DNA of 64,000 bases from a virus (Duplodnaviria > Caudoviricetes), in the IMG/VR virus record IMGVR_UViG_3300019124_000001, positions 32,001 to 96,000 of that record. One strand, 5' to 3'. A program made the position numbers and the translations under genes. Below the pieces are notes generated by a model. It was not told the DNA's origin and did no database searches. It saw only the letters and a list, made by a program, of their open reading frames with translations. The stretch's first letter is position 1; each line of letters begins with the position of its first letter. This document shows positions 48,743-58,379 of this stretch, piece by piece.

Positions 48743-50153
48743 ATATGTAAAGTCCGTAATCTACGCATTGGAGAGTAACGGATATGAAGCACACTTGGTT
48801 GGCGGTTCCGTCCGCGATCTTCTGGCTAAAAAGTTGGGAGTATATGACAAAGAAGCTAAGGATTATGATGTAGCCACCAACGCAACACCAGAACAAGTGA
48901 AATCTGTGTTTTCAGTGGTTATTCCGACTGGCGAAAAGCATGGCACCGTAACAGTCGTGGTAAGGAACGAAGGTGGACTGTTGAGCCATCCTACGGAAGA
49001 TTACGTAGAAGTCACTACATATCGCGCTGATGGCGAGTATTCGGATGGACGAAGACCTGACGAAATTCGTTTCGTGTCTAGTCTGCAAGAAGACTTGTCG
49101 CGCCGTGATTTCACGATTAATGCAATGGCTTACCGTCTCGACGGCACGTTGGTAGACCCATTCGATGGGCTAATAGACCTCCAAAGGCGTGTAATTAGCG
49201 CTGTAGGATACGCAAGACTGCGATTTTCTGAGGATGCACTGCGAATGTTACGCGCTATTAGATTTACGTCTCAACTTGAATTCAATTTGAGCAGTGAAGT
49301 TTTCTCGCACCTGCATTTACTCGCTTATAAGTTAGAACAAATTTCGATGGAGCGTATTCGTGATGAATTTGTTAAAATCATCAATAGCAAAAATCCACTT
49401 GGAGGTATTAATGCTTTGATGGATACTGGTCTTATGGAGTATATTATTCCAGAATTGTACGAAACTGTGGATTTCGATCAGCATAACCCACATCACAATA
49501 GAACCGTCTACGAGCATCTTATTGACGTTTTAAATGGTGTTTTGCATGTTCGAAACTTCTCCGACAAAGAAATCATGCAATTGCGCCTTGCGGCTCTATT
49601 GCATGACATTGCAAAACCACGCACTTTCTCCATTGGTGAAGATAAGGTGGGACACTTCTATAACCATCATATGGTTGGTATGGTCATGGCAGAAGTGATT
49701 TTGCGCCGTTTGAAATTCGATGGAGAAACCATTGAAGTAGTCCCTTTGCTCGTCAAAGAACACATGACCTTTTTCAAAGATGGAAAAGCAACGCGAAAGT
49801 CTGTATTGAAGAAATTTATTAATCGTGTAGGAGAAAAGAACCTTCCATTGTTGTATTTCTTGCAAAAATCCGATTCTATGTCTCACGTTGGAGGTGGTCA
49901 GGAGCGTGTAAAAACTCTTAGCGAAACCTACAGCGAAATTGAGCGCATTTTGACAGAGAAAGAGCCGTTGAGTGTGCGAGACTTGCATGTTAACGGTCAT
50001 GACCTGACAGAAATTGGTATTCCTGCTGGTAAAAACATGGGAACTATCTTAAAAATGCTGTTAGATCATATTTTGGATAATCCGCAGGACAACAATCAAG
50101 ATAAATTGATTGAATTGTCGAAAAAATTCTATTTTGCTATCACCGAGAAATAA
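48711..50153 (+). CDS. cca: tRNA nucleotidyltransferase (CCA-adding) with HD domain
   Basis: VGGSVRD, DYDVAT, EVTTYR, EDLSRRDFTINAMA, EDALRMLRA.RF, LLHDIAKP; GTG start after AAGGAGG. Confidence 0.93.
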   Translation: MQIDLNNSIPEYVKSVIYALESNGYEAHLVGGSVRDLLAKKLGVYDKEAKDYDVATNATPEQVKSVFSVVIPTGEKHGTVTVVVRNEGGLLSHPTEDYVEVTTYRADGEYSDGRRPDEIRFVSSLQEDLSRRDFTINAMAYRLDGTLVDPFDGLIDLQRRVISAVGYARLRFSEDALRMLRAIRFTSQLEFNLSSEVFSHLHLLAYKLEQISMERIRDEFVKIINSKNPLGGINALMDTGLMEYIIPELYETVDFDQHNPHHNRTVYEHLIDVLNGVLHVRNFSDKEIMQLRLAALLHDIAKPRTFSIGEDKVGHFYNHHMVGMVMAEVILRRLKFDGETIEVVPLLVKEHMTFFKDGKATRKSVLKKFINRVGEKNLPLLYFLQKSDSMSHVGGGQERVKTLSETYSEIERILTEKEPLSVRDLHVNGHDLTEIGIPAGKNMGTILKMLLDHILDNPQDNNQDKLIELSKKFYFAITEK

Positions 50154-50240
50154 GTTGTTATTTCTCGGTTGACAAACAACAACTATGTATGGTAAGCTAA
50201 GTCTGCTGGTGCTATCTATCGTTTTCAAAAGGAGAGTGCA

Positions 50241-50423
50241 ATGATGCTAAACATTGTAATGCTTGTCATTTCTATTTTAATGATTTGTTTTTCTGGTCTA
50301 TGTGTATTTGTTTATGCAGATTCAAGGAAATACCGCTGGTATATGAACTTTCATCTAATCATGATGGCATTCTTCGTATTGGATGCAATCATTTGGAGCT
50401 ATATGATTGCAAGGGGAGCCTAA
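50241..50423 (+). CDS. Small membrane protein
   Basis: Hydrophobic; RBS. Confidence 0.5.
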   Translation: MMLNIVMLVISILMICFSGLCVFVYADSRKYRWYMNFHLIMMAFFVLDAIIWSYMIARGA

Positions 50424-50514
50424 ATAGCAAGACTTTTGCTTTGTTTCGAGCATTTTGAAGTGAATTTGAAATCAACTGATTTACAAAATCTTACAGAAGA
50501 AAGGTGTGTAACTT

Positions 50515-50808
50515 ATGTTTTCTTGGCTTTGGACAACATTGATGGCGATTCCTTGGTGGGGATTTATCCTTCTGTTGGTCTACGCAATTTCGGTCTGCAT
50601 CTACACATATAATGTTTACGAAGATGTCAGATCATATGGTATGCTCAAAGGATTTCGCTATGCTGTTTGCGGATACAGCGCGAAGCATTTCCGTCTGCAT
50701 CACCTGTTGCAAGTAATTATTTTCTCCCCTGCAATGGTGTTGGCATACGTTTTGCCGATTTTGAAAGCAATCTTTACGTTTAAACTCTATACATTCAAAG
50801 ACGAATAG
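50515..50808 (+). CDS. Membrane protein
   Basis: Hydrophobic; RBS. Confidence 0.55.
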   Translation: MFSWLWTTLMAIPWWGFILLLVYAISVCIYTYNVYEDVRSYGMLKGFRYAVCGYSAKHFRLHHLLQVIIFSPAMVLAYVLPILKAIFTFKLYTFKDE

Positions 50809-50857
50809 GGGACGGTGGTGGATAATTGTGGGGCGAAAAGCCCCAATTACATAGGAG

Positions 50858-51106
50858 GTGTGCAAGATGAAGTTGGAAGAACCAGTGTGGATTTATACGG
50901 CAACGAATCACAACGGAGAGCTACTTGGCGAATTTAAATCGAGCATTTTCGGTCGAAAGGGCTGGATGTTTAATAGCGGACAGCAGGTACATTATTTGAG
51001 TCTGTTAAAATGGCGAGACGCGATTCATAATGAGTACGGAGAGCGCAATATTAAATTCGATGTACGCAGGGAGGAAGAAAATGACTTTAACGAAAGAACA
51101 GGTTGA
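50858..51106 (+). CDS. Hypothetical protein
   Basis: AATTACATA-GGAGG leader. Confidence 0.55.
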   Translation: MCKMKLEEPVWIYTATNHNGELLGEFKSSIFGRKGWMFNSGQQVHYLSLLKWRDAIHNEYGERNIKFDVRREEENDFNERTG

Positions 51107-51614
51107 TCAAGTGAAAATGTTGTCTTCTAAGGGTTTTGGAATATTGGATTCGAAACGAGCGTTGATTCAAAACAATTGGGATATCGAAAAGGCAATCGCT
51201 TATCTTCAGTCATCCCCTAATCTATTCGCTTTGGTAACAAGGAGGAAGCAGAAAATGACAAAAGGACGCATTACGCCTGAAATGGTAGTGGAAGCATATA
51301 AGATTACTGGAATGTTGCCAATGATCGAGACTTTTGCAAGTCGCGATAAGAGTGGGAACCTGTGCGGATGTGGAATCGGAACGGTGTTAGCGAGTCGTGG
51401 CTATGAAGTCGAAAATGGTGGTATTAACGATTTAGCCGAACAGCTATTTGGAGAATACTATACAGATGGCTTTTATCATGGGTTCGATGGATATTCAAAA
51501 GAAGATATGGAAGCGTATTTTGACAACGAAGATTTTAAAAGTGGCTTTCTGGATGGACATGCCGCTCGTCAAGCAGTTATTGAAGCTGGTTACGACATTC
51601 TTACTGTCGATTGA
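51081..51614 (+). CDS. EF-Ts N-terminal (UBA-like) domain in frame with a second domain that has its own RBS/ATG at 51254
   Basis: VK.L...G.GI.D.KRAL..NNWDIEKAI.YL. Confidence 0.65.
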   Translation: MTLTKEQVDQVKMLSSKGFGILDSKRALIQNNWDIEKAIAYLQSSPNLFALVTRRKQKMTKGRITPEMVVEAYKITGMLPMIETFASRDKSGNLCGCGIGTVLASRGYEVENGGINDLAEQLFGEYYTDGFYHGFDGYSKEDMEAYFDNEDFKSGFLDGHAARQAVIEAGYDILTVD

Positions 51615-51666
51615 AAATGAAGATCAGGCTATTTATTGAAACAATTCGAAGGATGGAGTTGATATT

Positions 51667-51909
51667 ATGTGTAGTTGCGGAGAGCAATTTTGCCCATATC
51701 CTGTTGATGGAGCGCAATTCGGAAAAGACTTAAAAGAATTGAGGCTACAAAAAGGGTATGGCTCTGTAAAATTGTCAAAAGACATTGGAAAAGCTGTGAC
51801 ATATGTGTCGCAAATGGAAAAAGGAAAAATAAAACACCCACCTGTTGAGACTTGTCGGCAGTTACTAAACGTGTTGCTTGCGAAGGAGGATAGAGCAAAT
51901 GCAGACTGA
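51667..51909 (+). CDS. XRE-family HTH protein
   Basis: FGKDLKELRLQKG....LSKDIG....YVSQMEKG...P. Confidence 0.8.
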   Translation: MCSCGEQFCPYPVDGAQFGKDLKELRLQKGYGSVKLSKDIGKAVTYVSQMEKGKIKHPPVETCRQLLNVLLAKEDRANAD

Positions 51910-52231
51910 AGTATTTGTTTTGATGTATCATTGTTTCGAAAACACCGACTGTATTTGGGCAGGAGCAGATTTCGGAGATGCAAAGATGAAATTTGCAGAA
52001 ATGCTTGGTAGACAAATGGAAGTCGAAGAAATTGAAGGATCGTATGTAATGGTTGTCTGGCGCGGTGGTCGCGGATTAAAATATCAAGATTTAAGAGATT
52101 TTGAGAATCGCATTTTAGAGTGTGGAACGTGCGGTGGAGAAGGTGGAGTGGATAGTGGTGGCGTAACACCGTGGGGATGGGGGATTGACATTCCTTGTCC
52201 TGAATGTAGTGAAAAAAGCGGTGGAGAGTAA
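51899..52231 (+). CDS. Hypothetical protein with DnaJ-like zinc finger tail
   Basis: CGTCGGEG...PCPEC. Confidence 0.55.
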   Translation: MQTEVFVLMYHCFENTDCIWAGADFGDAKMKFAEMLGRQMEVEEIEGSYVMVVWRGGRGLKYQDLRDFENRILECGTCGGEGGVDSGGVTPWGWGIDIPCPECSEKSGGE

Positions 52232-52298
52232 TAAATTTGGAGTAGGTTGGTTAGAGAATAACATAGATGAAAGAAACATTTTATTAGGAGATGGCAAA

Positions 52299-52754
52299 AT
52301 GGCTTACAACATTGGTTTTCGTTCAGACAATGCGATTGAAAGACAATTAAGCAACCTTGCGTTTGCCCATTTCTTTATTGAAGGAAGGGAATGTAATTCA
52401 TTTGAAGGTTTCTACATGGGAATAAAGCGTTCAGGAGATGAAATTCAAAACGAAATCTTCAAAATGTTTGGATTCAATGCAAAGAACAGAACAAAGAAGA
52501 CAAAACATATCTACTTCAACGGACGTACCATGCAAGCAGGAAGCAAAGAGCATCACGAACTTCTGTTTCAGGCACAAGTGGCAAAGTACACGCAACACAA
52601 AGAATCACACGATGCGTTGATGGCTACTGGTAACACTCTGCTATATCACAAAGTTGGCAGAGATAGCATTTTATACCCTGCACGAGTGTTTTGTAGACAC
52701 CTTACGACAATTCGTTCAATGTTGCGTAAAGGTGAGTTGAAGTTTGTCGAATAA
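52299..52754 (+). CDS. NADAR-family protein (T4 gp30.3-like)
   Basis: LSNLA...F.IEG....SFEGF..G.K....Q..IF...G..A; AL.ATG...L.H. Confidence 0.75.
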   Translation: MAYNIGFRSDNAIERQLSNLAFAHFFIEGRECNSFEGFYMGIKRSGDEIQNEIFKMFGFNAKNRTKKTKHIYFNGRTMQAGSKEHHELLFQAQVAKYTQHKESHDALMATGNTLLYHKVGRDSILYPARVFCRHLTTIRSMLRKGELKFVE

Positions 52755-52815
52755 AATGAAAGTTTCATAGGAGACGTTTGACAATGAAAAATACCGCAAG
52801 GAGGGCTTAGGACAA

Positions 52816-53121
52816 ATGGACAACATCGAATTTAATCCGTTTCGCATATCTATAGCAGATGCAATGAAAGTTTCTATGAAAGAACGCAAATCTTTGCTTG
52901 TAGGTATAGACCCTAAATACACTGACGAGTCGGTTGCGAAGGGATTGGCAAAGCAATATTCGATATCTATTGAGTCTGCACAAGCCATTGTTCAGGCTAC
53001 TCTTATAAAGTTTAACAGCGAATCTGAGTATACGCAATTTGGCATTGTATTTGATAGTCTAGATGAAATACCTTTTGGCAAAGGTCTTTATCATGCTAGA
53101 AAATTGGCGCAGGTATGTTAG
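52816..53121 (+). CDS. Hypothetical protein
   Basis: RBS. Confidence 0.5.
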   Translation: MDNIEFNPFRISIADAMKVSMKERKSLLVGIDPKYTDESVAKGLAKQYSISIESAQAIVQATLIKFNSESEYTQFGIVFDSLDEIPFGKGLYHARKLAQVC

Positions 53122-53324
53122 ATCGGAGGAACAACATGAAACTATGGCATCTTGTTTGGTACAATTACCACGCATTTTGGATGAATCATGCATTTACCAT
53201 GAAGCAACTTATTCATCACACTATGAGAAAGAATTATCACGAAAACTACTTGGACAAGGAGTAACACATATGAAACAACAAATTTTCCCTCCGTAGATTT
53301 TTAACTGGCAAGGAGTATGCTAGC

Positions 53325-53540
53325 ATGTCTACATGGAGTTATCTTCTAGGTGGGCTTGGAGTCATATGTCTATGGATGATTGGCTCCAAAAGCTCAAAAG
53401 GCTTTTTGCTAGGCATACTTGTACAACTGCTTTGGGTAGTTTATGCATTCCAAACGGAGCAATATGGGTTTCTAGCATCTGCCGTTGTGTATATTTCTGT
53501 GTACATCAGGAACTATTGGAGGTGGAAGCAAAATGAATGA
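53325..53540 (+). CDS. Small three-TM PnuC-like half transporter
   Basis: W..G.K...GF.LG...Q.LW..Y....QYG.......Y....RNYW.W. Confidence 0.6.
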   Translation: MSTWSYLLGGLGVICLWMIGSKSSKGFLLGILVQLLWVVYAFQTEQYGFLASAVVYISVYIRNYWRWKQNE

Positions 53541-53727
53541 ACTTTGGGTAAAGGTGAATCGACCAATCGGCTATCATGATCATCATAATGTTGGTGAAAT
53601 TATCAAAATATTTATGCGAGATGCAAATGATTTAATAAGAAACGGATTTGTTGAAATCTTAGTTAATAACAACGGAAATAACTTACCTTACGACGAAAAA
53701 GAATTTCGTACTACGGAGAACTTCTGA
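53534..53727 (+). CDS. Small hypothetical protein (MNELWVK...GFVEIL)
   Basis: Coupled start; similar to 5778-5933. Confidence 0.5.
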
Positions 53728-53969
53728 TGGCTATTAAACGTGAAGTAGAAATGAATATCGACTATGCGATAGAATGCGCTTTGTTACATGTTCAAGAAAT
53801 TCAGCGATATATCGAAGAGTATAATGCTCACTTCAAAGATGGACTAGACATCCATCCAGCACGCGATTTTGATACAATACAATCCACTGTGCTTAAATTA
53901 AGAGGTTTAAAATACAGAATTCAGAAACGAAGGGAGAAGGCACTAAATGAAAGTACAGCACTATCGTAA
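53727..53969 (+). CDS. Hypothetical protein
   Basis: Coupled ORF. Confidence 0.55.
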   Translation: MAIKREVEMNIDYAIECALLHVQEIQRYIEEYNAHFKDGLDIHPARDFDTIQSTVLKLRGLKYRIQKRREKALNESTALS

Positions 53970-54297
53970 CAGGAAGTTTTATACAGCACTTGGCGAAGCG
54001 AACTACCTACCAAAAGGTGGATCAACAGGTAAACTTGATGGTAACACTTTTGCCAGAATGCGATCCAAGTTTATCTGCATAGCTACTCACACCGAAGAAG
54101 ATGATTCTTTGTGTGTTTATCGTCATCCTAGTGGTTCATTGTTCTATACTGCTGACCGCGATTATGGAGAACTGATGATCTATCGTGCAGAATATGAAGA
54201 TAATAAATATTGGGCACGTCCTCTTGAAATGTTTAGAGAATATGTGACTAATGACGATGGTATTGAAGTTCCACGATTCACCATTGTTGAATTTTAG
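53947..54297 (+). CDS. DUF1653-like protein
   Basis: HY....Y, ATHTE, IYRA.Y....WARPLEMF, PRF. Confidence 0.7.
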   Translation: MKVQHYRNRKFYTALGEANYLPKGGSTGKLDGNTFARMRSKFICIATHTEEDDSLCVYRHPSGSLFYTADRDYGELMIYRAEYEDNKYWARPLEMFREYVTNDDGIEVPRFTIVEF

Positions 54298-54307
54298 GAG
54301 GTACAAC

Positions 54308-54616
54308 ATGAGCTTTCGTTTAACACCAGAACTGATCAAAGACAAGACCTATTGGGCAAATAGAAGGTATCTTACGCACAAAAGAGCGGTAGAGAGTTTT
54401 GAAAACGATTCAAGCAAAAGGATGAGACTGCTACACAAAGAGTGCAGGGCTTGTTTCTATCTTCGTAATGTTATGTCTGGTTCGGCATTTACGAATTTCA
54501 CTTGCCAAAATTGCGATACGGTGAGTTCGTATCCAAATACAGATGTTCCTCGTTACTGTACAAAGTGTTCAGATGAACATAATGCATGTGTGCGGTGTGG
54601 AGGAGGATTGGAGTGA
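54308..54616 (+). CDS. Cys-rich zinc-binding phage protein
   Basis: Four CxxC pairs; AGGAGG RBS. Confidence 0.65.
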   Translation: MSFRLTPELIKDKTYWANRRYLTHKRAVESFENDSSKRMRLLHKECRACFYLRNVMSGSAFTNFTCQNCDTVSSYPNTDVPRYCTKCSDEHNACVRCGGGLE

Positions 54617-54800
54617 TTATCTTGGCAGAGCATTGGGAAGAACAAAAGGAATTCCTTCGTCGAAACATTTCGTATTTGAAAAGAGTGGCAGAATTAACAA
54701 CATCCAAAGCGGAGAGAAGTCGTCTCCGAGCGAAAGCTGATGGTATGAGCGTTGCATTGCAACACATGAACGAAACCGAACGAATTTATGGAGGATAAAA

Positions 54801-55316
54801 ATGAGTAGACGATTTGTTACATCTGACCATCATTTTGGTGACAAGAAAATTATTGGATACGAGAATCGCCCATTTCAAAGTGTTGAACATATGAATCTTG
54901 ATCTAATCGGAAGGTGGAATAGCGTGGTTGGAAAACATGACACCGTTATTCATCTTGGGGATTTCTCATTCTTACCAAAGAAAGAAACCAAAGATATTCT
55001 CGCACGTCTTAATGGTCGAAAAGTTCTAATTTTAGGCAATCATGATCGTGGGCGTTCCGTAAACTGGTGGAGAGAAGTGGGTTTTGATCAGGCTTACGAA
55101 TATCCCATCATTCTTGACGGGTTCTATATTCTGTCACACGAACCTGTTTACGTAAGCGAAAACATGCCTTACGTCAATGTGCATGGACATACACACAACA
55201 AACGTATAGATCATCAGCAAATTATCAACGTTTCTGTTGAATGTACGGACTACAAGCCAGTTCTTTGGGATTCAATCAAGACACGTTTCGCAAGCGAAGG
55301 AGAACAAGCAGAATGA
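54801..55316 (+). CDS. Calcineurin-like phosphoesterase (short phage type)
   Basis: SDHHFG, HLGDFS, GNHD, SHEP, HGHTH, NVSVE. Confidence 0.88.
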   Translation: MSRRFVTSDHHFGDKKIIGYENRPFQSVEHMNLDLIGRWNSVVGKHDTVIHLGDFSFLPKKETKDILARLNGRKVLILGNHDRGRSVNWWREVGFDQAYEYPIILDGFYILSHEPVYVSENMPYVNVHGHTHNKRIDHQQIINVSVECTDYKPVLWDSIKTRFASEGEQAE

Positions 55317-55534
55317 AAAAGTTTTATCAGTATCATGTATACAATGATCATTGTGACACAATTGTAACAGTTGACATTGAAGGAGAAGAGGTAGCAAGAG
55401 GTTTTGCGAAGGGCTGTTTAAGAGACTTTTATGGTAAGACAGAAGAACATGTTCGCGATCTAAATGTAGTTTTTCTGAGTTCATTCTACAATAACGCGAT
55501 AGCTGTATTGGATTTATTGCAAAAGAGAAAATAG
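55313..55534 (+). CDS. Hypothetical protein
   Basis: ATGA-coupled start. Confidence 0.5.
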   Translation: MKKFYQYHVYNDHCDTIVTVDIEGEEVARGFAKGCLRDFYGKTEEHVRDLNVVFLSSFYNNAIAVLDLLQKRK

Positions 55535-55735
55535 AAGTAGCGGACAAGTTTTAGCCGAGAAAATCTCCAAACTTTCAAAACAGTGTTGACAAACAACAAC
55601 TATGTATGGTAAGATAATCTTGTAACAAAGTAATAGAGAAGGATCAAGGTGTACGACAAAACGTTTGTTTCGAACCATGATTTTATTTTTGCCTAACAAA
55701 CAACAACTATGTATAATAACAAAGGAGCGAAATAA

Positions 55736-58240
55736 ATGCGCCAACTGATCTTGATGCGTGGAGCAATGGGTGCTGGTAAGTCTACATTTATTGAGAATAA
55801 TGGTCTGAAGCCGTATGCCCTGAGTCCTGACGAGCTTCGCTTGATGCACCAAACACCTGTATTACAAGAAAACGGAAAAACTGCAATCACCATGAGTAAC
55901 GACAAGTATGTCTGGGAGACGCTTTTTCATCTGCTCGAAAAACGCATGGAACGCGGTGAATTGACTGTTGTAGACGCAACTCACTCTAAAACAGAAGACA
56001 TGCGTCAATATAAGAAATTGGCTGATACTTATTGCTATCGAGTGTGGGTTGTAGATTTTACAGACGTACCGATTGAAGTAGCCAAAAAGCAGAATGCAAT
56101 GCGAAGTGAACATAAGCGTGTGCCTGAATCGTCTATTGACAAGGTGTATGCGCGTTTTGCTGGCGAGAAAGTTCCGTCTGGATTCACAGTCATAAAGCCA
56201 AACCAGATTAACGAAGTATTACAACTGAATCCATTTGACTATTCTGAATGGAAAAAGATTCACTTTTTCGGTGATCTTCATGGTTGCAATACAGTTCTGC
56301 AACGATATCTCTCCGAAAATGGTGGAATCAAAGATGATGAGTTTTATGTCTTTGTTGGGGACTACATTGATCGTGGCATTGAAAACAAAGAGCTTCTAGA
56401 TTTTCTGTTCTCCATCGTTGACAGAAATAATGTAATTTTTCTAGAAGGGAATCATGAAATACACTTGTGGAAGTGGGCTAACAATGAAGTTCCGTTTAGT
56501 AAGCACTTTATCAATCATACACAAAAACAATTAGAAAGTGATATTGGTTTGTTGGAAGTGCCAGAACGGCAGAAATACGAACGAGATGTTGACTACTTGG
56601 TGCGCATTGCAAAGTTGATCCCTCGTGAAGAAGGGGAAACAATGGAGTTCTATTTGGAACGTCTGGCAGACCAACACTATCGTAGTGCACCTTTGATTGG
56701 CGAAACAATGGAACAATGGAAAAAGCGTACCAAGGAAGTGCGCATGGAAAACTTAAAACGTCAAAAATCATTAGATGAATTCAAAAAGAAAGCACGAATG
56801 TTCTATCGCAAGCTCCGTCAGATGCTATATATCAAGTATGGAAACAAAATCATTCTAGTTAACCACGCTGGTATCTCTACGATTCCTATGGAGATGAATA
56901 AAATTGCAAGCGATCAATTTATTCGTGGCGTTGGTGGATATGAAGTAGATATTGACCTGATATTCTCCGAGAACGTACAAGCGGCAAACATTTTGCCCAA
57001 CCTTTCTTTGTCATACATTGCCGATTATATCGGAGATTTGGAAACATTTGACGGATTTTTCCAAATTCATGGACACCGCAATTTGGGTAATTTGCCAATC
57101 TTTGCATCATCAAATTCCTTCAATTTAGAAGGTGAAATTGAGTTCGGTGGACATCTGCGAGTCCTACAACTCAGTCACGAACATGGCTTCGTACCAATTG
57201 AAGTAGAAAATACTGTGTTCGACGTAGAAGACCCACGTGCAGAACCCCATCTGGTCTTCGATAATATTCTTGAAGAATTGCGTTCGAAGCAAGACTTGAT
57301 TAACGAAAAAAAGTTTGGCAACATTTCTTCTTTTAATTTTAATCAAGATGTATTTCGTTATGGCAAGTGGAATGCACAGACCATTAAAGCGCGTGGTATC
57401 TTCATCAACACGGAAACAACTGAAATTGTTGCTCGAAGCTACAATAAGTTTTTTAATGTTGGAGAAAAATCCTTCACGAGACTTAATGCTTTGAAACGAA
57501 ATCTTGTTTTCCCGTTAGATGTTTATGTCAAAGAAAATGGATTTTTGGGAATCAATGGCTACGATAGTCAAAGTGATACGCTGGTTGTGGCATCCAAGTC
57601 GATGTTATCTGGTGAGTTTCAAGGCTATTTCAAAACCTTGTTGGATGCCACTATTTCTCAGGAAGGTCAGGAAGAATTGAAGCGTATTCTGAAAGAGGAA
57701 AATCTATCTGCCGTGTATGAGGTTGTTGACATGAACAATGATCCTCACATTATTGATTATCCTCAATCTGGAATCTATTTGCTCGATATGGTTCGACGTA
57801 CCCCCGCATATGAGAAGTTGCCGTATAACGAACTACTTGAATATGGTAGCTATTTGGGGGTACAGACCAAGCAGTATGTGACAACCTTTTATGATTGGCA
57901 GTCATTTTATGAATGGTATCTTCGAATCATGGATGACATGTCCATTCAAAGCGTTGAGGGATTCGTTTTGGAAGATGCGACTGGTTTCATGACAAAGATA
58001 AAGCTCCCGTTCTACAACTTCTGGAAACAGATGCGAGGAATCAAGGAAATACTCTCTTCCAAAGCTCAAAACCCGACCATCAACACTGCCCGCCTTATTA
58101 CAGCAGAGAGTATCGACGTGTACAACTTTATGAAGCGTCAAAGCAAAGAATATTTGTCTTCTACTCCTATTCACATTGTACGCGCTGACTATTACCGCGA
58201 AAAGAATGGCACCATTATTCAGGCTCGCGCTACAATCTGA
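55736..58240 (+). CDS. Trifunctional RNA repair enzyme: polynucleotide kinase + metallophosphoesterase + RNA ligase
   Basis: GAMGAGKST/DATH; GDLHG, GDYIDRG, GNHE, HGH; KFFN, KENG, EGFV, KIK. Confidence 0.9.
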   Translation: MRQLILMRGAMGAGKSTFIENNGLKPYALSPDELRLMHQTPVLQENGKTAITMSNDKYVWETLFHLLEKRMERGELTVVDATHSKTEDMRQYKKLADTYCYRVWVVDFTDVPIEVAKKQNAMRSEHKRVPESSIDKVYARFAGEKVPSGFTVIKPNQINEVLQLNPFDYSEWKKIHFFGDLHGCNTVLQRYLSENGGIKDDEFYVFVGDYIDRGIENKELLDFLFSIVDRNNVIFLEGNHEIHLWKWANNEVPFSKHFINHTQKQLESDIGLLEVPERQKYERDVDYLVRIAKLIPREEGETMEFYLERLADQHYRSAPLIGETMEQWKKRTKEVRMENLKRQKSLDEFKKKARMFYRKLRQMLYIKYGNKIILVNHAGISTIPMEMNKIASDQFIRGVGGYEVDIDLIFSENVQAANILPNLSLSYIADYIGDLETFDGFFQIHGHRNLGNLPIFASSNSFNLEGEIEFGGHLRVLQLSHEHGFVPIEVENTVFDVEDPRAEPHLVFDNILEELRSKQDLINEKKFGNISSFNFNQDVFRYGKWNAQTIKARGIFINTETTEIVARSYNKFFNVGEKSFTRLNALKRNLVFPLDVYVKENGFLGINGYDSQSDTLVVASKSMLSGEFQGYFKTLLDATISQEGQEELKRILKEENLSAVYEVVDMNNDPHIIDYPQSGIYLLDMVRRTPAYEKLPYNELLEYGSYLGVQTKQYVTTFYDWQSFYEWYLRIMDDMSIQSVEGFVLEDATGFMTKIKLPFYNFWKQMRGIKEILSSKAQNPTINTARLITAESIDVYNFMKRQSKEYLSSTPIHIVRADYYREKNGTIIQARATI

Positions 58241-58379
58241 CAAATTTGATGTTGCGCGGCGAAGGAATCCTATGGTAAGATAGATATTGTCGTCACCCGT
58301 ACAAACAACAACTATGTATGGGTGATGTTTTTCATCTCAAAATTAATAACCGAATCTCGAAAGGGGAACATGAACAACA

